A stretch of DNA of 64,000 bases from Thalia democratica (Eukaryota), in the NCBI GenBank assembly GCA_965202585.1, contig OZ241829.1, positions 63,550,001 through 63,614,000 of the forward strand. The letters are read 5' to 3'. A program made the translations under genes and the position numbers. Shown piece after piece: positions 35,202 through 46,600 of this stretch. The notes beneath the pieces are model-generated. The model made no database searches. It saw only the letters and a program-made list of their open reading frames with translations, and was not told the origin of the DNA. The first letter of the stretch is position 1. Each line of letters opens with the position of its first letter.

Positions 35202-37976
35202 ATGAACTCACAGTGGAGAGTTTTCAATTTTTTCAAGACCGAACACAATGTGCTACCATTAGAAAGCAGCTGGAATTCCATCAGAGAGGACATTGATGTC
35301 ACATGCTCAGCATGTGGGCGTGGCCACATCTTGTTTGGAGATTCAGCTGGAAACATTCACAAAATAAACCACGCGTTCAATGTGACTTCATTCCAAGCTT
35401 TCAAGTGCACCGTGACCCATTTGGTTCAGTTGCAAAGCTACAATATACTAGCAGCGTGTGGTATAGATGAAGAAGGCATCAACCCTGTGATCAAAGTGTA
35501 CAACTTGGACAACACTAACAAGCAGGGTGTGCCGTTTTGCAGCAGAGTTCAAAAAGCCATTCCTGAAGATAACAACCCTTCATATGTGTCTTGCTTTGCA
35601 GTTCATGAAAGTTTGTCTACAATGGCAGTGGGTTTTGATCAGGGGTCTTGCATGGTCTACAAGGGAGATGTAACAAAAGACAGAAGGGGAAACAAATCAA
35701 TTCCCATTCAGACTTCAAGCAAGGACATGATTACTGGATTACATTTTGTAGCAAGTGGAAAGGAAATATTTTTGAATGTTAGTACACAGAATGAAGTGTT
35801 TGGGTATAGTTTGAATGAGAAATTTTTGAAAAAAACGTTTTTAAGTCAAAATAATGGCTGTGAGATGAATTGCAGTGCTTTGACTGACTCTACTTGTGAT
35901 TATAAGCTAGCTGTTGGTGGACCAGAAAAAATCAGTTTGTTTAAAGTTAAAGATTCATTTAGCACTGATGTGCATTTTGAAGGAAAGAAGCAAATGATAA
36001 AATATCTCAACGGTTATTTAGTGGTTGTTTACAAAGACAAAGTAAAACTGTCTTCTTCAATATCAGAGTTTGGTGAAAAAAATGTTGTTAAGATTGTTGA
36101 CTTAAAGCAGAACATGACTGTTTATTCATCATTACTACCGCAAGTGCGTCACTTTATGTTTGAGTGGGGAGCTTTTTATGTTTTGTCCAAAGCAAATAAC
36201 TTGATAAGGCTGCAAGAAATTGATATTTATGAAAAACTAAACAAGTTGTTCAGTAAAAATCAATACACTCTTGCAATAAGCATTGCAGAGAGTCAGGGTC
36301 TAGGCAGTGAAGGAATGATGGAGATATTCAAGTTGTATGGAGATCACCTCTATACTAAAAACGAGTTTGACAAGTCAATAGCTCAATACATAAAAACTAT
36401 AGGCAATTTAGAGCCAAGTTACATAATAAGAAAATTTCTTGATGCTCAGCAAATTGGAAACCTCACACTTTATTTGCAAGAAATGCATGAAAAAGGACTT
36501 GCTAACGAGGATCACACTACCTTGCTTTTAAACTGCTTTACCAAACTTAAGGATGAAACTAATTTGAACACTTTTATAATGAAACCTGATTGCAATCTGC
36601 ATTTTGATGTTGAGACTGCAATAAAAGTTTGTAGGCAAGCACATTATTTTAAACAAGCTTTGCAACTTGCTGAAAAGCATCAGAAACACAAGTGGTTTTT
36701 GAAAATTGTTTTGGAAGACACAAACAAATATAAAAAGGCTTTAAAATACATAAAAAAGCTTTCCTTTAGCTGCATTGAAAATGCTTTAAATCAATATGGT
36801 CAAACTTTGATGAACAGTTTACCATTTGAAACAACAGATCTTTTGATTCAATTTTCCACTGAGTTGTCTCTCAGTTCAAAGAAAAGTTCTTGTAAAGGAG
36901 AAGACTTTATTCATATTTTCCAGAACAACAGCTCAGATATGTTGGTTAAATTCCTTGAACATCTAACTGAAGTTGAAGAACAGCCCTCTTTGTTTGTATT
37001 TAATGATCTTCTAGAGTTTTATCTAAACAAAATCAAAAGAGAAGAAGTTTCAGATGGAAGTGTTTTTGACATAAAAGATAAAACTTTAGACCTTTTAAAA
37101 GATTTATTTAAAAAGCACCCCAAAGATACAGAAAGAGCTACTACACTTTGCACGCTGAATAATTTCGAAGAAGGCATAGTTTTTTTGTATGAGAGTTTAA
37201 ATTCGTATGAGTCCTTGCTTCGTTATTACATGCAAATAAAGTCTTTTGACAAAGTCATTGAAACATGCACTAAGTATAGTGAAAATGATGCTTCACTATG
37301 GGAGAAGGCGCTGACTTATTTTACGCAGCAACCAAACAGCTATGACTACCTGCAGCAAGTATTGGCTTTCATCGACAAACAAGATGTTATTCCTCCTCTG
37401 GTGGTGATCAAAATTCTTTCAGAAAGCCCTTGTGCCACGCTTGGTTTAGTGAAAAGTTACCTGTTAAAAAGAGTGAAAGGAGGACAAAATGAAATAGATA
37501 AGTACCAAGCCTCTATTGACAAGAGAAAAGCTGAAACTGAAGCTTTGGAGAAGCAAATTCACCAGTTAAAAACGGAGGCAACAGTCCTGCAAGAAACAAA
37601 ATGCAGCATTTGCAGTGGTAGCTTGGAACTGCCCACAATTTACTTTCTATGCGGCCATGCCTTTCACCAGACTTGTTTTGAAAGTTACGACGTTTCCGAG
37701 TGCCCGATTTGCATGGAGAAGAACAGAAAGCTGACTGAAGCCATTCAGCAGCAGCAGAGAATGCTGGCAAACCCAACTCAAATGCACAAGGACTTTATGA
37801 GAGGTTTGAAAGAGTCGAGTGATCCCTACCAGCACATTGCAAGTTATTTTTCAAAGGGAATTTTCACATCGAATAACACTCACAAACCGGTCAGGAAAAC
37901 TTCTAAAGATTCTAGTCTGGTTGTTATTGATGACTCTCTTGAAAAAGAACTCTTAATGTTACAAAGTAATGACTAA
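35202..37976 (+). CDS. VPS11: Vacuolar protein sorting 11 (HOPS/CORVET class C core subunit), 924 aa, single coding exon
   Basis: N-terminal QWRVFNFF (VPS11 QWRRFVFF-like), propeller region, clathrin-repeat region YIIRKFLDAQQIGNLTLYLQEMHEKGLANEDHTTLLLNCFTKLKD, RING-H2 CSICSGSLELPTIYFLCGHAFHQTCF..ECPIC, and C-terminal SDPYQHIASYFSKGIF. Acceptor TCTCTTTCAG at 35179 implies a 5'UTR intron. Confidence 0.97.
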   Translation: MNSQWRVFNFFKTEHNVLPLESSWNSIREDIDVTCSACGRGHILFGDSAGNIHKINHAFNVTSFQAFKCTVTHLVQLQSYNILAACGIDEEGINPVIKVYNLDNTNKQGVPFCSRVQKAIPEDNNPSYVSCFAVHESLSTMAVGFDQGSCMVYKGDVTKDRRGNKSIPIQTSSKDMITGLHFVASGKEIFLNVSTQNEVFGYSLNEKFLKKTFLSQNNGCEMNCSALTDSTCDYKLAVGGPEKISLFKVKDSFSTDVHFEGKKQMIKYLNGYLVVVYKDKVKLSSSISEFGEKNVVKIVDLKQNMTVYSSLLPQVRHFMFEWGAFYVLSKANNLIRLQEIDIYEKLNKLFSKNQYTLAISIAESQGLGSEGMMEIFKLYGDHLYTKNEFDKSIAQYIKTIGNLEPSYIIRKFLDAQQIGNLTLYLQEMHEKGLANEDHTTLLLNCFTKLKDETNLNTFIMKPDCNLHFDVETAIKVCRQAHYFKQALQLAEKHQKHKWFLKIVLEDTNKYKKALKYIKKLSFSCIENALNQYGQTLMNSLPFETTDLLIQFSTELSLSSKKSSCKGEDFIHIFQNNSSDMLVKFLEHLTEVEEQPSLFVFNDLLEFYLNKIKREEVSDGSVFDIKDKTLDLLKDLFKKHPKDTERATTLCTLNNFEEGIVFLYESLNSYESLLRYYMQIKSFDKVIETCTKYSENDASLWEKALTYFTQQPNSYDYLQQVLAFIDKQDVIPPLVVIKILSESPCATLGLVKSYLLKRVKGGQNEIDKYQASIDKRKAETEALEKQIHQLKTEATVLQETKCSICSGSLELPTIYFLCGHAFHQTCFESYDVSECPICMEKNRKLTEAIQQQQRMLANPTQMHKDFMRGLKESSDPYQHIASYFSKGIFTSNNTHKPVRKTSKDSSLVVIDDSLEKELLMLQSND

Positions 37977-39147
37977 CTAATGTGTTCATGTTAACAAATA
38001 TTAACTTTTTTATAGCAATCTCGTAATGCAAATGATTCAAATTATTTTTTATATTTAGTATAACTTGTTTTTAAATATTTTTTTACAAAATATATAATAT
38101 TTAATATTTTTACATTTACTCTTAAATCAAATGACTAATTTTTTATAATTTGAATACTCTTTTAAAAGTAATTATACGTATCATAACAAATAAAAACATT
38201 AGCAAGTATTGTCTACAAATTATAAAATGCTGTCTTTAAGTGAAATTATTTTAAATGGTGCAATAGAATTTACAGTATAAAAAAATTATTCTACATGTTT
38301 TTTAAAACTACTTGTATTTATGTATTACTTTGTAAGTTTTCTTACATTTTTTGTTTTTTCAGTATAAAAAAGCATGCTATTTTGTTAAGACAAGATTTCT
38401 TTAAGCATACTATTCTATCATACATAGTGCAGTCTGCAAGTAAGCATGATAACAAATTACAGCTATTTTACAAATAATCTTTGAATTTTACCAATATTAA
38501 AAAAAAATTCAATGAGCTTGTTGAATAAAAAAATTGTATTTTTAGATTTTTTTTAAAAGAAAGTAAAATTTTATATTTTTATATTTTAAAGTTTCAAACC
38601 TTATAATTTAGATACAGTTATTGAGTAATGCCTATAAGTTTTCAACAAATATTTTGTTGTGTGTTTTAATTTGTCATTCATATTAAACTTGTTTTTGTAT
38701 TTCTAAGTACTATTTTAAAATGTTTTTTATTCACCACATCTCAATTAAAAAGCAAATCATTGTATTCATATTTACAGTTAAATTATTAAAGTTAATAAAT
38801 TAAAATGTGTTCAAAAGAATGGAAAATTCTTGCAGGATGATTTTAAAAGAAACAATAAACTGAATGATAGTTTTTAATAAGAATATTTGTTAGTTTAGCG
38901 TTTTTTATGATTTAATTAATTGATGAAACAAATTTAGTTTTGTTACTGACTTACAGCCTTATAATTACTAGGTTATTTAACAAGCTTTGCTTGTTAACTC
39001 TGTAGTTTAACGTCTTGTTACGTTATATCTTATATAATGTTAATATACATACAAATCTAAAGTTTAATACGTTATTTTTCTAAAGTTTTAAAATTAAAGC
39101 TTTGTAGTACTTTATTTACTTAAAGTATATTTTTGTGTTTATCTATA

Positions 39148-39470
39148 CATGGTTGCCACAAAACCTTGAATTCTAAAAAACCTGGAATTTGACAAGTTTT
39201 GTAAAAAAACACCTGGAATTTTAAACAATTTTTACATGTTAAGTATTAAAATTTTGATTTTACACAAAAATCTCTAGTATAGATAAAAACAATTTGTCAA
39301 TGTCAAAAATATTTTTAAATAAAAAACAATTTTAAAGAAGCCTTACAGTATCTTTTTAATGTTTTTTAATTATTTAACACAGTTTTTGACATCAAACTCG
39401 ACCTTAAACTAAAAATTCAAGAAATTCAGTAACCCTACTAGATTTTTCCCAAAAATAAGTGGCAACCCTG
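39148..39470. mobile_element. CAGGGTTGCC-family MITE, older copy
   Basis: CATGGTTGCCAC ... GTGGCAACCCTG with AAACCTGGAATT internal repeats; TSD not conserved. Confidence 0.75.
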
Positions 39471-40645
39471 TACTTAAAAGTAGATCAGTTTCAAGTAGGC
39501 AAGGCAAGTAGTGATTAGAAATGTTTTATCATTTAGCCTGTTAAGTTATCAGACTTAGTTTACAAAGAAACTTGAACAAAACTGATTTTGTTGAATTGAA
39601 ATGAATGTTTGTTTTTTTAAGTACCACACTTGCTTAAAATCGTGACAAAATAAGGATGATTAAAATTACTTGATATGTTTTGCATTGTTTGCAAGTTATT
39701 CCTAGCTATTTAATATTTATACATATGCAACCAATTATTTTTGCTAAAAAACCTAAGAACAAACCCACACTGTCATAACAAACTTACATGATGATAAACT
39801 ATAAAACTATAGTACGTGTTTCTACACCTTAAATAAAAATTAGACAAAGTAATTTAATATAAACTATGTTTATGGTTGTAGTAAGTTTGAGTAAGTTTTT
39901 TGTACGTAAGTGTTTTTTTTAGAACTAATTTTGCTTCAATTTTCACCGCATTTCCTTGCTGGATTATTAGCATTTTTCATTTGCTTTATTGATTATGCAA
40001 ATAAACTTAGCTAAAAATAAAAGCAAATAAAAACTTTTAAGTATTTTATCTACATATAATAAATAATTTACCTATAAAAAAAATTTTAAGTGCAACATCT
40101 TTTCTTACCTAGTATAAAACATATGAACAAAATATTATTGTTTTGTATTTTAATATTTATATAGTTATTTGTCTCAATTAAAAAAGATTGCTCAATTTAC
40201 TATTTTATTATACTAGAAAAGGTCGCAATTTTTTTGCCACCGAAACCTAGTTGTAAATAAAGTATTTAATCGGCACATCTTTATTTTAATATTTACAAAA
40301 ATTTAATGTTGTTAATTTTTTAAATCACTTTTTTTTGTTTACAATTGGTATAGATTATTTGTTAACGTTTAAAATTTTTTTATTTAGTTTTTTATAATAA
40401 GTTATAATTATGGTAAAAGTTGTTTTTGTTAACTGGCAAAAACTACTTTGAAGTACTCCAAAAAGTCTTTGTAGGATTTTGAAGTTTTTATAGCTTATTT
40501 TGTTTAATAAAAGTTCTAGTTTATTTTTTATTGTAAACAGAAATTGTTTTATCAAAACCTTCTTAATAGACTGGTGATGAAATGAATTATTGAAACTTTT
40601 AGGATAATTATAATACTATTCCTTGTTTTTGATTAATCAGTTACA

Positions 40646-43600
40646 ATGTTGTCTTTGAAAGCTGAGATTGAAAAGAAAGAGAGAGAATATAATCGGAAAA
40701 GGGCACAAAATTCATCAAGCAGTAAAATACCTAGTTTGTTACTATGTTTGATAAACTAATTTGACCATTAAATAGGTTTTATCACCCATAGTCTATAGAA
40801 AATTCTTAAAAAAAAATTAATTTAGATAAACTTTAATAATTTATTTTAGTTTAACAAGTCAAATATTTAAAGTTTATGTTTGTTTAGTTGAGAATTAATT
40901 TGAAATTGCTTTATTTTACATATGCGTTTCTTAATTGTTTATAAACTTTGACAAATTTTTAAAAACCTTCGCACAACTTTTATACCACAACATAGAGATT
41001 AAATATTTTTACTGTTATAATTTTAGAAACAAAGTATTTCCTTATAAGTAGAATGCTTTAGGAAAAATGTTATATGAACTAAAATTTGTATAAATTAAGC
41101 TTTCTGCCATTTGGTAAAATTTTAACCCAGAATTATAGATTGTACCGATAAAAAATTAAAGTTACAATTTTTAAAATAGGTTTGTTCAATAAGTTATCAA
41201 CGTAGCTTTTTTCATATAAAATAAAAAGTTTAAAACCTAGTTTTAAATGAAAAATATTTTTACAGGTTTACCCAAGAAGCCTAAGTCATTTTCAAGTAAA
41301 AACAAAGGAGTAGAGATGAGAAATAAAAAGGACAAACTAGAAATGTCTATGGATGAAGTCGATAAACATCAAAAGTCAAGGTTTAATTTTTAAAATTTAT
41401 TTTATTTAAATTATGTAAAGTAAAACAAATATATGATATTTTATGTTTGAAGTTTTTATGGGCAATTTTCTTTTAATTTTTAAATACAACTAATTTTCTT
41501 GATGTTTTAAGCTTAACCACTAATTTCTATTTGCAAATTTTAATCTCAACAACTTATAAATGTCAGACTTGTATAGATTGTTACTACACCTACTTAAACC
41601 TATTATCAATAAGCTCTCGATGGTATGACAATTGAAAACTTCAACTCAGTCCTTTAAAGTTTGACTTTTAGTAACCTTGACCGGTAATTTTGAGGTCATA
41701 GCTCTCAAAAATCATTAAAAAATACTGAAATTAATACAATCAGTAATCATAGTCTCTATGTCTAACTTAATACGGATGCACTGCACAAGTATTCAAATTC
41801 TTAAAAAGTGTTTAATGGTCCACAAATAAAAAAGTAATGTATAGTTGAAAAAAAATGTGTATCTAACTACTTCTTACAAATACTTATTTTGTAAAATTTA
41901 AAAAAGTTTTAAAGATATGAATAACATTTTCAAATGTATAGTAATTTCTAATATTATTTTTAAATGTATTTTTTTTAATGCTATAATATTCTTATTAATT
42001 AGACTTACATACGCATTTTTTAAACATATAACACTTTTTTAATTGTGGCCCTTTAAATTTTTTTTAAGAATTTGAGTTCTCGTAATTTAAATTGTCATGT
42101 AACCCTTAGTACATATACATAGCTTAATTCTTTAAAAAATATGATAGTTTGAACTTTTTAATCAAAATTGTGCTAGTTAGATTTGAAATGTTCCTAAAAT
42201 AATCTTTTATTAACTATTGATTTTTTTTTCTGTTGAATTAAGCTTAGTATCAACTAGATAAGGGTAGGTGTCAAATTTGCACGAGGGGACTAAATTGCAC
42301 GAAGACACTTTTGCACGAGCAAAAAAAAATTGCACGGAGATATTTTTGCACGGGTTAAGTTTTTTATTTATTTTTTATTTTTTTTTTTTTTTTATATATT
42401 CTAACTTTTTTTTATTTTATTAATTAAATTTAGTTTATTTATTTATTTTACTATCACTGTTACCCCTAACCCTTACCCTCGGTCGGTAGCTTTTTTTTCT
42501 TTTTAATTATTTTTTTATATTTATTAGTTTTTCCGTTTTTTTTTAATAATAGTTTTTATAGATTATTTTTTTTACTATCACTGTTAGCCCTAACCCTTAC
42601 TCTCGATTAATAACTTTTTGTTTTTTTATTAATTTATCTTTTATTTTTTAATTTATATATTTTCTCTTTTTTTACTCTCGTGCAAAAATTACCCTCCGTG
42701 CAAAATTGTATCTCATGCAAAATTGACTTTTGGTGCAAATTTGTCTTCGTGCAATTTTGACCCATTCCCACTAGTAATCTTCTTAAACAAGTTTTATTGT
42801 TGAAGAACATATTTAAAACAATTAAGTACTACTGAATATTTAAAAAAAAAAAACACAGATTTACTGTGACTTTAGTAAAAGAAAATTAGTGTGCAATGCT
42901 GATGTTTATTACTTGTTTCTTACAGAGAAATTTTGGAAGCAAAAAGTAAGCTGTACGATAAAATGACTTCAGGGGAAGTAATATTAGACTCTCAATCTTC
43001 AGAAGTTTGTTTGTTTTATAAAATTATAATCAACTTCTCATTTAGTATGCAACTTAGTTTTAACAGCTTACTTTATAGTCTTACATTTCTGCTGACTTAA
43101 TATAAATAATCGTTTTCTATAAATTTATAAATTATTATATTAGTTTTTGAAAATAGTTTAAGTCATAATATCTAAGTTTATAACGATAAAGTTAATGAAA
43201 TATGAGAAAATAAAATAGCATAAACTGTTCTTCACCTGCAAAAATATTGATCAGTCAATGCTAGACATATGTTTATTCGGATATTTAAATACTTTTTTTA
43301 ATGTAAAATGGTGTAATTAGGTCAAGATTTATATTTATAAAAACTTAGCTCTCTTTTACAATCATTCTCCTAAACAATCAACAAAATACATCGACGAAAG
43401 TCAGCAGAGCAGAAGCCCGGACTTTCGTTTGCCGTGAGACAAGCTCAAGTTTAACTTTAAAGGGTTGATCATGCCAATTCGATCATCAGACCACAAGTCT
43501 CGGTAGACAGTCTATTCAGACTTGTGGTCTGATGATCGAATTGGCATGATCAACCCTTTAAAGTTCTCCTAAACAAGTGTGAAAATTTCTCATTGTTAAA

Positions 43601-46600
43601 ACTAGTTAAGTAAAGTCTGTGCTGTAGTCTTTTAACTTGTTGTTAGCTTAATTCGTTATAGCACTGTACCTTTGTACGACGGCACAGAAGCTTTACCTAC
43701 TATAATTGAAACAACTTTAAAATGTAAATCTAAAATTTATTGAGCTTAACAAATTTATTGGTTGCTTTTTTAAATGTTATAACTGAACATCTTAGTTTGA
43801 CCTCTGGTTATTTTCTTGATCACTAAATATCCAAGATGTACAGAAAACAAATAGTATATAAATTTTTATCAAATGCTTGTACATCAAAAATACATAACGT
43901 TATAAATATTAAAATAAGAGTTATGACATGATTTTTTTGGTTAAGTATGACCTTTGTTTAGAGAAAGACAATATACTTAGCACCCGAAAGAACACGTCTA
44001 GTCTTAGTATGTTTATGAACTACATTTAAATCAACATCATCAGTTTTCAAGTGAGCATAGTCAGGGCGTCACGACTTAAAAATTTGTTTAAAGTCAAATA
44101 GGCTTTTAAAAATTATAAATAAGTATAAAATAAACTCTTAATGAAATATATGAAAAGTAGGAAACAAATTCGAAATGCATTTTTACTCTATAGGCAGAAT
44201 AAATTTTAAGTTAAAAAGTAAAAGGAAATTTTCTGTATGATATTCCTGTTAAAAATATAGTTTTTATGATAGCATTTTAGTTTAATATATTGTACTAGAT
44301 CTACAAACATAATATAATACAGCAATAGTTTTGATATTAATTTAGCTGTCTTTGAATTTTATAATTAAAATTTAAGCTTACATATGTATGAAAATAGCCA
44401 AAATTAAAAAGATGTATCAATTAAACTAATAGTTTTTTTTCTACTTTACTGAAAAATTTACTTGTGTAATAATGAAGACAGTAACCAACTACACAATTAT
44501 TAATAAGAAAAAAAATAACTGTCTTAATAAGGACCACGAATTGATATTAAAAAAACTTTAAAGCAATTGAGGTTTTAATAATTAAAACTGTCTTGCTTTA
44601 ATTTTCTACTTATAACCCACCTACGCAAACATGTTGAATTAAACAAAATCCTTAAATTTTTAAGTCAAAAAATTATTGGCTGAGTTTTCTGAAATTTAAC
44701 TCTTTTTTACAACTATAAAATTACCATCTGCTCTAAACACAAAATAACTTTTAATTTTTATTTTAATATCCACAGTTTACTAAAAACTGTTTTTTTTTTC
44801 AAGTGAAGATAATCATAGGATCCAAGTATTATAAATAGTAATAAATCAATATTTCTATGGACAACAATAGCTAGAAATAAGTATAATTTATCAATTAATT
44901 ACAAAAATCAGTTTTAAAGTAGAATTAGTTGCAGGGTTGCCACTTTACCTGGAATCGTGGAAAAGCCTGGAATTTTGAACAAAAATCACTACAAAAACCT
45001 GGAATTTTAACAATTTTCACATGTTCAGTTGTAAAATTTTGATTTGACTCAAAAATTCTATCATATAAATAAAATTTTTTTGTCATCATTATTTTTTTTT
45101 TAAACTTAAAAACATATTTAAAGTAGTTTTACAGTATCTTTTCAATCTTTTTATACTATTTAACACAGTTTCTTACATTAAATTTAACTTTAAACTAAAA
45201 ATAGACCAAAAATGTTTACTTTTAAAAACCTGGAAGAAGTTTGGAAAACCTGGAGAAAAATTTGAAAAACGAGTGGCAACCCTGTTAGTTGTAACTGACA
45301 TATTATATAACAGGGGTCAACAACCTTTTATAAGTCGCGGTCGAGTTTTTCTATAAAATTTCGCTCATAGGCTGCAATTATTGAAAAAAAGCGTTATAAA
45401 TAAATACTAATTAAAACTAAAATTTCGATTAAATAAGCAATTATAGAGGACTAGTAAATTTGATTAAATTGAATGTAAGATTTTTACGAAAACAACACTT
45501 TTATTGTTTTTAAAAACTATGTTTTTCACTGAATAATACATAGCAGTTTGTACACCCCTTTTATGTAATTTTCAGGAAAAGTCATAATTTTTAAGCCAGA
45601 AAATAGCAAAATGTCACTACTTTTTATTTTGTTCCTTGTGCTTATGGAACTTGATTACTGATAAAGTTAAACTTTTGAACCAACTGTTAAAAAAAAACAG
45701 CCACAATATTGTGACCTAGTTCTCTAAATTAGTTAAAAAAAGTGTATTGCTTAAGTACAGGGTTGCCATTTAACCTGGAATTCTTTACAAACCCAGAATT
45801 ACCTAGAATTTGAAAAGTTAGGTAAAAATAATTTAGAAAAACCTGGAGTCTGATAATTCATGTAAAAAACTTTGAAAAACATGGAATTTTATATGTAAAT
45901 TCACGAATTTTCGATTAAGTAACAAGTACTAAATTGAAAATAGTATACCATTTAGAATTCGATTTATTATAAAATACATTTAAAGTAGCATTATATTGTC
46001 TGATTAATAATTTCAAAAAGTATCTTAACCTTAAATTTAATTTTCTACTATAAATAAAAAATTAAATTTCTACTTATAAAAACCTGGAAGAAAATCAAAA
46101 AGTTCGACAGAGTATTGTAAAAAACCAGTGGTAAGTAGCAACAACAACAAAAACATAATGAAAATTTTGAATGCAGTAGTCCTTGTTTTCCAAGCTGACG
46201 CATCAAACGTTTGCTTCTCTTTAAAAAAAGTCGTTTAGTCACATTTGAAATTTACATTGCATTAAAATAAGTATTAACTTCCTTTAAATGTGAAGGTTGT
46301 TGATTTTTTTAATTGTGTTTTTTAATTGTGACATTTCTATAGTGTCTATTATGATTAATTTTAATTTACAAGTGATAAGATTTAACTAAATGGTCCTGAA
46401 TTTTAACTTTAAATAAACTTTTAGAAAGCTCTAAATTTGTATAAGATTGGAATTTTTAATTAAGAATTTATTGTCTACCTTAACATTTAAATTTTAATTT
46501 TTACAGTTAGAAGTCAAACCACAACTAATATTATTATGTAATATATTTTAATTAATTTATTCTAACTATCGTGAACAACTTACTTAGACTAAAAGTACGT

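Noticed and set aside
37513-37835. Overlapping minus-strand ORFs here and at 12909-13115, 25104-25862, 52826-53806 and 59535-59744
   Set aside because: Off-frame or antisense shadows of GC-richer real coding sequence, with no independent signals.
43390-43430. 9-bp hairpin ACGAAAGTC/GACTTTCGT next to the large palindrome
   Set aside because: Short stem, no pol III boxes, tRNA fold or Helitron CTRR end; could be chance.
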